Numbered from the stretch's first letter, positions 16,038-25,409 are shown. The stretch: 32,000 nucleotides of DNA from Trichlorobacter lovleyi SZ (GCF_000020385.1 NC_010814.1:690001-722000), one strand, 5' to 3'. The notes: generated from the sequence alone by a model not told the origin. Program-made: numbers and translations.

Positions 16038-16775
16038 ATGTATTCGATTTTGATCTGTGCTGCCCTTGGGGTGATTGTTTTGCTTGTTGCCATGCTGGGG
16101 TTCAAGCTGGCCTGGTGGGGCGCCCTGCTGATTGGCCTGGTGGTCTTTTCCCTCGCCTTCTTCTTTCTGTCCCGCTACATCAGCAAGCAGCTAATGACGA
16201 TTCTTGAACAGGCCGGCAAAGACCTGCAGGGGCAGCGCTTTGAAAAGGCGATTCGTGAAATGAAAGAGGCCTTGAGGTTTGGCTCCTGGCAACTGTATGT
16301 GACCGATCAGATCAATTCCCAGATCGGTATGGCATACTATATCCGGCGTGACTTCTCCAACGCCTTCCCTTATCTGGAGAAGTCATTTTTCAAAAACTGG
16401 GTAGCAATGGGAATGCTTGCCATCTGCTACATGAAGCGCCAGAAACGCGACAAGATGGAGAAGACCTTTGAGAAGGCCGTTCAGTGGAACGGCAAGGAAT
16501 CGTTGCTCTGGAACCTGTATGCCTACTGTCTGGCAGAGGAGTGTGGCGATAAGTCAAAGGCGATTGCCGTGCTTGAAAAAGGCCTTAAAAAAATGCCCGG
16601 TGATAGTGCTATAACAGAAAATCTTGAGAACCTGCAGGCAGGGCGCAAGGTGAAAATGCGCAGTTTTGGCGACCCCTGGTATCAGTTTCACCTTGAAAGT
16701 CTTGGCCAGCTGCAGAAGCATCAGATGGCTGCCATGGGGGGACGTATGCAGAAGCGGATGACGGTGCGGCGATGA
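16038..16775 (+). CDS. Two-TM membrane protein with TPR-like helical repeat domain
   Basis: The N-terminus has two hydrophobic helices (ILICAALGVIVLLVAMLGF; GALLIGLVVFSLAFFFL). TPR-like repeats follow (QIGMAYYIRRDFSNAFPYLEKS..., LWNLYAYCLAEECGDKSKAIAVLEKGLKKMP). It starts 40 nt after mltD. Confidence 0.65.
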   Translation: MYSILICAALGVIVLLVAMLGFKLAWWGALLIGLVVFSLAFFFLSRYISKQLMTILEQAGKDLQGQRFEKAIREMKEALRFGSWQLYVTDQINSQIGMAYYIRRDFSNAFPYLEKSFFKNWVAMGMLAICYMKRQKRDKMEKTFEKAVQWNGKESLLWNLYAYCLAEECGDKSKAIAVLEKGLKKMPGDSAITENLENLQAGRKVKMRSFGDPWYQFHLESLGQLQKHQMAAMGGRMQKRMTVRR

Positions 16776-17521
16776 ATGCCGCCGGGAGCCAGCCGGATCA
16801 AACCCCGGAGTTGTGGCTTATGGGGGTGCGCCCTGACCAGGGTCGTGACGCAATTATTCGGGAATATCTCGCTGCTGCCGGCTATGGAACCCGCCTGGCA
16901 ACTGTCGATCAGATCGGGGCTGACCGCCCGCTGGGTATTGTGCTGGATATCTCGCCCCATTCATCTGACGGCTGGGGGCTGTTGCTGCAGATTAAAAGTG
17001 ATCCCGCTTACCGCAATATTCCGGTGCTGCCGGTGTTCCTGAGTGAAAAAGGGAAGGTTGGCGGCGTTTTTCCGGTTGCCGGCTTTTTTACCCTTCCTGT
17101 TGATGAGCAGTATCTGTTCGAGCGTCTTGCCGTCTATGGCCTGACCGAAGAGGTTGAAACCTGGGATTTGCAGGCCCTTGTGGTGTCGCGCTCCGGGGAA
17201 GAAAAACTGTCGAAAATGATTGAGTCGGTCGGCTTTGAAGTGGTTAAGGGCTATACCGGCAAAGAGGCCTTGGCTCTGGTCTCGCTTCATCCCAAATATC
17301 TTGCCTTCAGCAACCTGATGTTGCCGGATATGTCGGCCTTTGAACTGCTGGAAAAATTCCGTCTGTTTCCCTACAGTCACAACATGCCGGTTTTTGTGCT
17401 GCTGAAGGATGAACTGAGGGAGGGGGAAAAAGCGGCCATGAGTCGTGAAATTGCCCACCTAGTCAGCAAGAAACAACTGAGTAAAGAGGAGTTTCTAAAA
17501 TATCTGCGGAATCGCTCCTGA
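16772..17521 (+). CDS. Protein with two degenerate receiver (pseudo-REC) domains
   Basis: The ATGA start/stop overlap with the upstream gene suggests translational coupling. Domain 1 keeps a candidate acceptor Asp (GIVLDIS...NIPVLPVFLS) but lacks the beta5 Lys (FFTLPVD). Domain 2 has Asn at the acceptor position (YLAFSNLMLPDMSAFELL) and no acidic pocket (LVVSRSG). These are by-eye alignments. Confidence 0.6.
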   Translation: MNAAGSQPDQTPELWLMGVRPDQGRDAIIREYLAAAGYGTRLATVDQIGADRPLGIVLDISPHSSDGWGLLLQIKSDPAYRNIPVLPVFLSEKGKVGGVFPVAGFFTLPVDEQYLFERLAVYGLTEEVETWDLQALVVSRSGEEKLSKMIESVGFEVVKGYTGKEALALVSLHPKYLAFSNLMLPDMSAFELLEKFRLFPYSHNMPVFVLLKDELREGEKAAMSREIAHLVSKKQLSKEEFLKYLRNRS

Positions 17522-17551
17522 GGAGGTCTCAAGCCGTCCGACGGAGAACAT

Positions 17552-17600
17552 AACAGGAAAGCCCCGGCAAACCAGAACGGTTGCCGGGGCTTTTCCTGTT
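17552..17600. terminator. Bidirectional terminator, ~19-bp hairpin
   Basis: aacaggaaagccccggcaa / ttgccggggcttttcctgtt (one bulged T) with a 10-nt loop. It lies between convergent stops at 17521 and 17640. Confidence 0.8.
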
Positions 17601-17639
17601 TGGCACAGAGGCCGCAGCGCAGGGGGCTTTCGAGAAAAG

Positions 17640-18707
17640 TCAGATAAGTCCGGTCCCGTCTTTGATCTCGATGCTGGCCTTTGTCCGCAGTTCCTTCATC
17701 CAGGAGGTAAAGCGGCTATCCTGCTTCTGGCGGTAGAGCAGGTCTGAGATATCGGCCTTGACGGTCTCAAAGGGCTTGACTTTACCGCTTGAGCGCTCAT
17801 CCAGCTTAACAATGTGCAATCCGGACGGGGTTGAAACCAGTTCGCCGACCTCGCCCGGTTTGAGCGGCAGGATCGCCTTTTCAAGGTCCGCCAGCATCTC
17901 TCCCCGTTTAAACGTTCCCAGGCTGCCACCATCCTTCTTTGCCGCCGCGTCGTCGGAGTATTCCCTGGCTAGTTGAGCAAAGTCCTTGCCCTGCCGGGCC
18001 TCAAACAGCACCTTCAGGGCCTTGTTCATGGCCTGTTGAATCTGATCGGCGGGGGCCTTTTCGTCAACCTTGATAAAGATGTGACTGGCCTTGAAGGTCT
18101 CTTCTTCGGCATAACTGCTCAGATGGGACTGATAATACTCTTCCGCTTCCTTTTCGCTGACATATATCTTTGAGCGAACTTCCATACTCACCAGACGCAG
18201 CCGTTCCAACTGTTCGCGGAGCTGGACCTCATACTGGGCAAACGTGTAGCCCTGGGATTTAAGCGCTGCCTCCAGTTGACTCTGGGTCATATTGTTGTTC
18301 TGGCGCTTGACGTCATCAATGGCTTGGCGGATTTCATCATCACCGATCTTGATACCCAGTTCTTTAATCTTCTGCTCGGTCAGGAGTTTCTCAATCAGCC
18401 GGTCTAGCACCATGACGCGCAGATTGTGACGAGCCGTGTCATCCACGAGCCCTTTTTTCTGGGCATCCTGAATGACCGCCTGGGATTCGCGCAGTACCTC
18501 CCGGAAGGTGATGATATCGTCATTGACAATGGCTGCAACACCATTAATACGCTTGGCGCCGGCTGGAAGCGGTGCGAGTTTTGGCACCGTAAGGGTTGGT
18601 GGTTGCTGTTTGGCGGTGTCTGTTATGACATCGGGGGTGGATGCGCAACCTCCCAGCAGAGATATGCTCAGGAGGGAGGCAAGGGAAAGCAGGCGAAGAT
18701 GATTCAT
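17640..18707 (-). CDS. SurA-like periplasmic chaperone / parvulin PPIase (lipoprotein)
   Basis: ATG 18707 follows GAGG. The lipobox is LLGGC. SurA_N-like block INGVAAIVNDDIITFREV. One parvulin domain ASHIFIKV...GGSLGTFKRGEM...GLHIVKL. Confidence 0.85.
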   Translation of the reverse strand: MNHLRLLSLASLLSISLLGGCASTPDVITDTAKQQPPTLTVPKLAPLPAGAKRINGVAAIVNDDIITFREVLRESQAVIQDAQKKGLVDDTARHNLRVMVLDRLIEKLLTEQKIKELGIKIGDDEIRQAIDDVKRQNNNMTQSQLEAALKSQGYTFAQYEVQLREQLERLRLVSMEVRSKIYVSEKEAEEYYQSHLSSYAEEETFKASHIFIKVDEKAPADQIQQAMNKALKVLFEARQGKDFAQLAREYSDDAAAKKDGGSLGTFKRGEMLADLEKAILPLKPGEVGELVSTPSGLHIVKLDERSSGKVKPFETVKADISDLLYRQKQDSRFTSWMKELRTKASIEIKDGTGLI

Positions 18708-18721
18708 GAAGGCCTCGAAAG

Positions 18722-18753
18722 CAGGCCGGGCAACCAACTGGCTGCCCGGCCTG
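18722..18753 (-). other. Intercistronic GC-rich stem-loop between the two PPIase genes
   Basis: Perfect 11-bp inverted repeat caggccgggca / tgcccggcctg with a 10-nt loop. It lies 18 nt after the upstream stop (18771) and 15 nt before the surA-like ATG. Only a weak U-tract (CUUUCG) follows it on the minus-strand RNA. Confidence 0.55.
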
Positions 18754-18770
18754 GATCACGTTAATAGCGA

Positions 18771-19688
18771 TTATTTCTTTTCTGCTGCAGGAGCTGGAGC
18801 TGGAGCGGCAGGCTTGGCAGCCGGGGCAGCCGGTTGTGCATCGGTCAGCTCGATCTTGGCGCCTTTTTTCAGGTCTTCTTTCAGCTTCATGAATACCTGT
18901 TGCTGCTTCTGGGGCATGATGGCACCCTTGATCTGCTCTTTTACCTCATCCAGAGGGCGGGTTCCGGCAGCACGCTTGCCGGTCAGCTTGATGATGTGGT
19001 AACCGAAGTCGCTCTTGACAATACCGGACAGTTGCCCCTCTTTCAGGCCAAAGGCTGCCTTTTCAAAGGCCGGCACCATGTTGCCCTTGCCGAACCAGCC
19101 CAGGTCACCCCCTTTAGCAGCAGATGAGTCTGCAGATTTGGTCTTGGCCAGCTCTTCAAAGTTGGCCCCTTTCTTGAGTTGCTCCAGGATTGACTGTGCT
19201 TCCTGCTCACTCTTGACCAGGATGTGGCTGGCGCGGATCTGCTCACCTGCCTTGAATTTGTCAAGATTCTGCTCATAAAACTTCTTCAACTCGTCATCGC
19301 TGATTTTGGATTCGGCTTCAACCTTTTTCTTGAGGTAGGTGTCGACAATGATCCGCTTCTTGAGTTCAGCAAGTTTTTCTTCAATTTCCTTGCCCTTGTC
19401 AACGCCGTCTTTGGCAGCCTGCTGCAGGATCAGTTCACGCATGACCAGTGTGTCGATCATCTCTTTTTTGCCCTGCGGGGTGTCTGCCATGGCACGGATA
19501 TACTCAGGCAACGCCTTGACTTCACGGTCAAAGTCTTCACTGGTAATCTTCGCACCGTTGACGGTGGCAATTACCTTGGCATCCTTGCTGCTGGTTGAGC
19601 TGCTGCTGGAACCGCCGCCCTGGCAGGCAACCAGGCCTGCGGTGGCAATGACGGTAACGGTTACGCTAAGCAAAGTACGGATGTTCAC
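18771..19688 (-). CDS. PpiC/PrsA-type parvulin peptidyl-prolyl isomerase (lipoprotein)
   Basis: GTG 19688 lies 8 nt after AAGGAG. The N-terminus is (V)NIRTLLSVTVTVIATAGLVAC, with a lipobox. Parvulin domain RASHILVKS...GGDLGWFGKGNMVPAFE...GYHIIKL. The C-terminal tail is Ala/Pro-rich. Confidence 0.85.
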   Translation of the reverse strand: MNIRTLLSVTVTVIATAGLVACQGGGSSSSSTSSKDAKVIATVNGAKITSEDFDREVKALPEYIRAMADTPQGKKEMIDTLVMRELILQQAAKDGVDKGKEIEEKLAELKKRIIVDTYLKKKVEAESKISDDELKKFYEQNLDKFKAGEQIRASHILVKSEQEAQSILEQLKKGANFEELAKTKSADSSAAKGGDLGWFGKGNMVPAFEKAAFGLKEGQLSGIVKSDFGYHIIKLTGKRAAGTRPLDEVKEQIKGAIMPQKQQQVFMKLKEDLKKGAKIELTDAQPAAPAAKPAAPAPAPAAEKK

Positions 19689-19790
19689 GATTGAGACTCC
19701 TTTGAATGTAAGAAAGGGTTGATGAAACTTAGTAAATCTACCATAGCTTGCCAACCGGTTGCAAGGCCCTGTTCTGAAGGTGGATCCTGA

Positions 19791-22700
19791 TCAGGCGCCA
19801 AGCAGTGTGAGTGCGGAAGCCAGGGCCTCAAGGGTATCGTTGTTTGAGCTGTTCACCGGTAAGGTTACTAGGAGGCGGTGGTCCGGAGTAAACTGGTAGA
19901 TGGCCGGTGCAGTACGGATCAGGTTGATCAGGGTCTCCGGGCTGACAGCGGTTCTGGGGTGAAAAGCCAGGCAGAGGCGCTTGCCGTCGGCGTCAACCTT
20001 TAGAATCTTAAGCTGTTTGAGTCTGATGCGCAGCTCCATGATCCGGGCCAGGGTCTGGGCCGCCAGCGGAGGACGGCCATAGCGATCATGCATCTCGCTG
20101 ACCACCTCTGCCACATCGTCATTTGAATCGGCCTGTACCAGGCGCTTGTACAAGACCAGCCGCTGGTTGGTATCCGGGATGTAGGTTTCAGGGATAAAGG
20201 CGGCAATCGCCAGATTAATCTCCGGTTCACAGCGCTCCTCAAGGTCTTCGCCCTTTAGTCCGGCGATCGCCTCTTCCAGCATCTGGGTGTACAGCTCAAA
20301 GCCGATGTCAGCAACGGTGCCGGACTGGCGCGGTCCCAGCATGTCACCGGCCCCGCGCAGTTCAAGGTCGTGGGTGGCGATTCTGAAGCCGGCCCCCAGC
20401 TCGGAAATGTCCTGTATGATCTTCAAACGTTCCCGTGCGTCCTGAGTAATGCTGCCCTGCCCGGGGATCAGCAGGTAGGCGTAGCTTTTGACCGTGGAAC
20501 GGCCGATCCGGCCCCTCAGCTGGTAGAGCTGCGACAGTCCGAAGGTGTCGGCCCGGTCCACCAGCATGGTGTTGGCACGGGGAATATCAAGCCCGGATTC
20601 GATGATCGTTGTCGTCAACAGCAGGTCGCTCTGGCCATGCATGAAGGTGAGCATTACCTTTTCCAGTTCTTTTTCCTCCATCTGGCCGTGGGCCACACTG
20701 ATCCGAGCCTGGGGTACCAGTTGCCGCAACCGCTCTGCCACAATGCCGATGGAGTGGGCCCGGTTATGGACATAAAAGACCTGGCCACCCCGCTCCAGCT
20801 CACGGGTGATGGCATCCCTGATCAGGTCATCGGTATCCCGTGCCACCACGGTCTTGATCGCCTGGCGGTCAACCGGCGGGGTGTCGATGATCGAGAGGTC
20901 GCGGATGCCCAGCATGGAGAGGTGCAGGGTGCGTGGGATCGGCGTGGCGGTCAGGGTCATGATATCAACGCTGGCCCGGTACTGCTTGAGCCGTTCCTTG
21001 TCCTTGACCCCGAAACGCTGTTCTTCGTCCACGATCAATAGCCCCAGGTCCTTGAAGCTGACATCTTTCTGCAGCAGGCGGTGGGTGCCGATGATAATAT
21101 CCAGCTTGCCCTCCTTAAGCCGCTCCAGGCTGATCTTTTGTTCTTTTACACTGCGGAAACGGGAGAGCATTTCAATGGAAACCGGGTAATCCTTCAGGCG
21201 CGTGCTGAAGGTCTCGAAATGCTGCTGGGCCAGGATGGTGGTGGGGACCAGCAGGGCAACCTGTTTGCCGTCCAGCACCGCTTTGAAGGCCGCCCGCAGC
21301 GCCACTTCCGTCTTGCCGTAGCCGACATCGCCACAAACCAGGCGGTCCATCGGGCGGGAGTGCTGCATGTCGCCCAGCACATCCTGAATGGCAGAAAGCT
21401 GGTCCGGGGTCTCCTCCCAGGGGAAGGTGGCCTCAAACTCTCTGAACAGCTCATCAGGGGGCGAAAAGCTGTAGCCCTGGCTGGCCTGACGCTTGGCGTA
21501 AACCTCCAGCAGCTCGGCGGCCAGCTCTTCGATGTTTTTACGGGCCTTGCTGCGAGTTTTTTCCCAGCCGGGACCTCCCAGTCTGGCCGGTGCTGGTGTC
21601 GCTCCTTCGCCGCCAGCATAGCGTTGCACCAGTCCCAGCCGGTCAATCGGCAGATAGAGCTTGTCGTTGCCCGCATACTCCAACAGGAGGAAGTCGCCTT
21701 CGACCGCACCGGTCTTCAGGTGCTGCAGACCGCGGTAGATGCCGATGCCGTGATCAACGTGGACCATGGCATCACCCGGTTTGAGTTCTGCCAGCGAGGC
21801 CAGGATCTGTTTGGTACGCAGGGCCGTGACACCACTCTTGCGGCGGGTCCGCTTGCCGAACAGCTCTTCCTCGGCAATAACCGCCAGCTTTGATTCCGGC
21901 AGCCTGAAACCACGGGACAGTTCACCGATTACCAACAGCAGGTCAGTATGAACGGAGGGCGCTTCCGGACCGAAGGGGTCGGTGGTGCCGAGGCTGCAGC
22001 TGATGCCGTAGGGGGTGAGCAGCTCCTGCAGCCGTTCGGCCTGGCTGGGATGGTGACAGACCACCAGGGTCCGCCAGTTCGCGGCATGCCACTGCTTCAG
22101 ACGTTCCGCCAGCGGGCCGAGCAGATGCTGTTGATCTCGCGCCATGCTGATCCGCAGATCCGAGTTGTCTTCAGACCTGATCTGTACCAGATCGGCGCTG
22201 CTTTCGCCGGCAACAGTCAGACGCCTTAAGGCAAGCGTCTGCTGTTGGTCAAGCAGCTGGGAAAACTCGTCCTGGGTCAGGTACAGCTGGTACGGGGCTG
22301 GGTGCAGCCGTTCTTCGGCCGCTGCTTTCTGGACGCCGCTTGTAACGTCCGTCTGATGCTGTTGGGCTGCTTGGCGTAACAGATCAGGTTCCTGCAGTAC
22401 CAGCAGCGGGTTGTTCAGGTAGGCGAAAAATGATTGCAGGCCGGGATGGAAGAGCGGCTGGAGAAATTCGACGCCAGGGGGATAGCCGGCCCCCTGCAAC
22501 TCGGACACCAGCTGGCGACGCCGGTCGGCCGGGATATCAAGCTGGTCGGCGCGTTCTTTCAGGCGCGGGATAAACTCCTGTAACGCTGCCGGGGAAAGTA
22601 TCAGTTCCCGTGAAGGCAGCAGGTTCAGGCAGGTGAGTGATTCCAGCGAACGCTGGTTCAGCGGATCAAAGCTGCGCAGGGTCTCGACGGTGTCGCCAAA

Positions 22701-23288
22701 GAATTCAATCCGGACCGGCCGTGGCAAGCTGGGAGGGAAGATGTCAAGAATTCCTCCCCGCACGGCAAAGCTGCCCCGCTCTTCCACCAGAGGGCAGTTG
22801 GTATAACCCATCCTAACCAGCCCTTCCAGCAGGGCTTCGCGGTCAGGCTCATCACCCGGTTTGATGGCACAGGACGCCCCGGTCAGAAGGGAGCGGGGGA
22901 TGATCCGCTGCATCAGGGCAGCCACCGGCGCGACAACGGTGCAGGGACTGCCCTGCAGCAGGCGTTGTAATGTCTCCAGCCGGGCTCCACTGATGTCGGG
23001 GTGGGGCGAGGCGGCCTCGAACGGGCAGGTATCCCAGGCCGGAAAGGGACTGACGTTAACGGCGTTGAAAAACAGCAGCTCACGGGTCAGTTCGTCGGCG
23101 GCTGCCTGATCAGCCGCAATGACAACGATCTGGCGCGGGAGAAGCCGGGAAAGTTCAGCAACTGCCAGGGCAGGAGCTGAACCGGCCAGCCCGGTCAGGG
23201 TTGCCGGATGTGCGCCATGCCGCAGTTGTTCAGCCAGGCGTGCTATAGCCGCTACAGGGCAGCGTTGTGATGGTGTGGGTTCAGGCAT
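19791..23288 (-). CDS. mfd: Transcription-repair coupling factor
   Basis: 1165 aa. CarD-like RNAP-interaction block LKPGDAMVHVDHGIGIY. Helicase motifs GDVGYGKTEVA, DEEQRFG, LTATPIPRT and GQVFYVHNR. TRG-type block SQLYQLRGRIGR. Confidence 0.97.
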   Translation of the reverse strand: MPEPTPSQRCPVAAIARLAEQLRHGAHPATLTGLAGSAPALAVAELSRLLPRQIVVIAADQAAADELTRELLFFNAVNVSPFPAWDTCPFEAASPHPDISGARLETLQRLLQGSPCTVVAPVAALMQRIIPRSLLTGASCAIKPGDEPDREALLEGLVRMGYTNCPLVEERGSFAVRGGILDIFPPSLPRPVRIEFFGDTVETLRSFDPLNQRSLESLTCLNLLPSRELILSPAALQEFIPRLKERADQLDIPADRRRQLVSELQGAGYPPGVEFLQPLFHPGLQSFFAYLNNPLLVLQEPDLLRQAAQQHQTDVTSGVQKAAAEERLHPAPYQLYLTQDEFSQLLDQQQTLALRRLTVAGESSADLVQIRSEDNSDLRISMARDQQHLLGPLAERLKQWHAANWRTLVVCHHPSQAERLQELLTPYGISCSLGTTDPFGPEAPSVHTDLLLVIGELSRGFRLPESKLAVIAEEELFGKRTRRKSGVTALRTKQILASLAELKPGDAMVHVDHGIGIYRGLQHLKTGAVEGDFLLLEYAGNDKLYLPIDRLGLVQRYAGGEGATPAPARLGGPGWEKTRSKARKNIEELAAELLEVYAKRQASQGYSFSPPDELFREFEATFPWEETPDQLSAIQDVLGDMQHSRPMDRLVCGDVGYGKTEVALRAAFKAVLDGKQVALLVPTTILAQQHFETFSTRLKDYPVSIEMLSRFRSVKEQKISLERLKEGKLDIIIGTHRLLQKDVSFKDLGLLIVDEEQRFGVKDKERLKQYRASVDIMTLTATPIPRTLHLSMLGIRDLSIIDTPPVDRQAIKTVVARDTDDLIRDAITRELERGGQVFYVHNRAHSIGIVAERLRQLVPQARISVAHGQMEEKELEKVMLTFMHGQSDLLLTTTIIESGLDIPRANTMLVDRADTFGLSQLYQLRGRIGRSTVKSYAYLLIPGQGSITQDARERLKIIQDISELGAGFRIATHDLELRGAGDMLGPRQSGTVADIGFELYTQMLEEAIAGLKGEDLEERCEPEINLAIAAFIPETYIPDTNQRLVLYKRLVQADSNDDVAEVVSEMHDRYGRPPLAAQTLARIMELRIRLKQLKILKVDADGKRLCLAFHPRTAVSPETLINLIRTAPAIYQFTPDHRLLVTLPVNSSNNDTLEALASALTLLGA

Positions 23289-23308
23289 AGTAATTGGTTG
23301 GCAGCAGG

Positions 23309-23878
23309 TTACTCGTGGGACGCCTTGTGCTTTGTGCCGGCCTTGATCTTGGGTTTGCCTCCCTCAACCACCACCCGGAACTGGATGTCGCTGGTGCCCA
23401 GTTTCTGTGAGATCAGCGGCCGCTGTTTGTCCAATGTCGCAGCCAACTGTTCACGGGTCATGCCGTCAACCGGCAGTTTACAGCTGCGGCGGGCTTCCAG
23501 CAGCTCTGCATAAATCCGGTCAAGCTCCTGGTCCTGTGGTGCCGGCTGTTGTTCACTCCGGGCCGCTTTGGTGCTACGGCTGCTTTCGTGCAGTTCAGCC
23601 TTGAAGCGGTCCCGTGAGTACCGCCCTTCTTCAATCTCCCGCAGGATACGGTTCCAGTGCTGGCGGTAGCTGTTGAAGCGGGCTACCAGATTGTTGTAAC
23701 GGTGCTTGTGCATCGTGTTGTTGATCGGTGTGGTGGCGTAGCGGCGAACGAGTTTTTCAACTTCTTCCAGCAGCTTAAGCGGTTCCCGCTTTTCAAGGCC
23801 CATAAAGAACTGTTCATAACGGGTGATCAGTTCTTTCAGGCGATTCTCAAATATGAGCAGGTCTTCAGCAATTCCCAT
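23309..23878 (-). CDS. Conserved-looking hypothetical protein (helical N-domain, Gln/Ser-rich linker, basic C-domain), first gene of the mfd operon
   Basis: ATG 23878. The track start at 23908 is a TTG. The protein reads MGIAEDLLIFENRLKELITRYEQFFMGLEKREP...RYNNLVARFNSYRQHWNRILREIEEGRY... It ends 20 nt before mfd on the same strand. I recognise no family with confidence. Confidence 0.6.
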   Translation of the reverse strand: MGIAEDLLIFENRLKELITRYEQFFMGLEKREPLKLLEEVEKLVRRYATTPINNTMHKHRYNNLVARFNSYRQHWNRILREIEEGRYSRDRFKAELHESSRSTKAARSEQQPAPQDQELDRIYAELLEARRSCKLPVDGMTREQLAATLDKQRPLISQKLGTSDIQFRVVVEGGKPKIKAGTKHKASHE

Positions 23879-23965
23879 AAATCTCTTCGTAAAACAGTGG
23901 TTTTTCAAGTTTCTGAACTATAGGTTGAAATCATAGTGCTGTAAAGCAATTATGCCGATAAGAAC

Positions 23966-23994
23966 TTGACGCTGGTGGTGCCGGCGGCTATAAA
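23966..23994 (+). promoter_or_regulatory. Sigma70-type promoter of glmU
   Basis: TTGACG-17 nt-TATAAA, about 33 nt upstream of ATG 24027. Confidence 0.65.
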
Positions 23995-24026
23995 ACATAG
24001 GATAAACCTTACTCTGGAGTGCGTCT

Positions 24027-25409
24027 ATGGCAATAAGCGCAGCGTTAATACTTGCAGCGGGTAAAGGAACCCGGATGAAGTCAGCCCTGGTCAAGGTTCT
24101 GCACGAGCTTGCCGGCAGGCCGATGCTGGGTTGGCCGCTGGCTGCAGCCCGCGAGGCAGGGGCCGGGCAGATTGTGATTGTTGCCGGTCATCAGGCCGAT
24201 CAGGTGCAGAAACGCTTTGGCGCTGATGCAGGCATCAGGATCGCTCTGCAGGAGGAACAGCTGGGCACCGGCCACGCCGTTTCATGTTCGCTGGATCAGT
24301 TGGATGGTCTGAGTGGAGCGGTGCTGATCCTGTGCGGTGACACCCCGCTGCTGACAGCGGCAACCCTGCAGCGTCTGGCCGCTGAGCATGCCGCATCCGG
24401 TGCTGCCGTGACGGTGCTGACCGCGAAACTGGACAGGCCGTTCGGCTACGGCCGGATTGTCAGGGACAGCGAGGGGCGGGTACGGCGGATTGTTGAACAA
24501 AAGGATGCCAGCCCTGAAGAACAGGCCATTGACGAGGTCAACAGCGGTATCTACTGCATGGAGCTGGAATTCCTGCGGTCCCATATCGGACGCCTGGGCA
24601 GCGAGAACGCTCAGAATGAATACTACCTGACGGATCTAGTGGGCATTGCCGTGGCGGAACATGCCGGTTGCAGCGCGGTGGTGGCTGATGACCCTGACGA
24701 GATCATGGGGGTGAATGACCGGGTACAGCTGGCCCATGCCGCCAGAGTACTGAGACAGCGGGTCAACCTGCAGTTGATGCTTGCCGGGGTGACCCTGATT
24801 GATCCGGATCAGACCTATATTGATGCCGATGTACAGGTGGGGAATGATACAATTATCTGGCCCGGCTGTGTCCTGCGTGGCGCTACCAGCATCGGTTCCG
24901 GCTGCACACTGGAGAACAATGTCCGGGTCAGCGATTGCGTGATTGCCGACCGGGTCCAGCTCAAGGCCGGTAGCGTGCTGTCTGAAGCACAGGTCGCTGA
25001 AGATGTCTCGGTCGGCCCGATGGCCCATCTCCGGCCCGGGTCGGTGCTGCAGGCCCAGGTCAAGATCGGCAACTTCGTGGAGACAAAAAAGGTGGTGATG
25101 GGGACCGGTTCCAAGGCCTCCCACCTGACCTACCTGGGGGATGCCGAGATCGGCAGTGACGTCAATATCGGTTGCGGTACCATCACCTGCAATTACGATG
25201 GCAGGCACAAACATAAGACCGTAATCGGCGATGGTGTCTTTGTGGGCAGTGATGTACAACTGGTGGCGCCGGTGACAGTAGGGGCCAATGCCTTGATCGC
25301 TGCCGGTACCACCGTGACGCAGGATGTACCGCCTGATTCCCTTGCCATAGCCCGCACGCCGCAGGTTAACAAGACAGGCTGGTGCCTGAAAAAGAGAGAC
25401 AATGGCTGA
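24027..25409 (+). CDS. glmU: Bifunctional UDP-N-acetylglucosamine diphosphorylase / glucosamine-1-phosphate N-acetyltransferase
   Basis: LAAGKGTRMKS nucleotidyltransferase motif, LILCGDTPL, NSGIY and YYLTD. The C-terminal left-handed beta-helix hexapeptide repeats end in ...ITCNYDG..KH.T.IGD.VF.GS...LVAPV. Confidence 0.95.
   Translation: MAISAALILAAGKGTRMKSALVKVLHELAGRPMLGWPLAAAREAGAGQIVIVAGHQADQVQKRFGADAGIRIALQEEQLGTGHAVSCSLDQLDGLSGAVLILCGDTPLLTAATLQRLAAEHAASGAAVTVLTAKLDRPFGYGRIVRDSEGRVRRIVEQKDASPEEQAIDEVNSGIYCMELEFLRSHIGRLGSENAQNEYYLTDLVGIAVAEHAGCSAVVADDPDEIMGVNDRVQLAHAARVLRQRVNLQLMLAGVTLIDPDQTYIDADVQVGNDTIIWPGCVLRGATSIGSGCTLENNVRVSDCVIADRVQLKAGSVLSEAQVAEDVSVGPMAHLRPGSVLQAQVKIGNFVETKKVVMGTGSKASHLTYLGDAEIGSDVNIGCGTITCNYDGRHKHKTVIGDGVFVGSDVQLVAPVTVGANALIAAGTTVTQDVPPDSLAIARTPQVNKTGWCLKKRDNG

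Noticed and set aside
19752-19761. 10-bp palindrome CAACCGGTTG between mfd and the PrsA-like gene
   Set aside because: It is short and has no extended arms. It overlaps a weak candidate promoter (TTGCAA-18-TAGATT) and is not distinguishable from chance.
20370-21893. Long + strand ORFs (223 aa and 270 aa) antisense to mfd. Similar antisense ORFs occur in gdh (10769-11317), glmU (24636-25424), uvrA (29674-30345), efpL (3997-4518) and hemB (7341-7790).
   Set aside because: These are typical stop-codon-poor antisense frames of GC-rich coding sequence. They have no SD, Arg/Gly/Pro/Ala-skewed composition and no recognisable motifs. The sense-strand genes are unambiguous.
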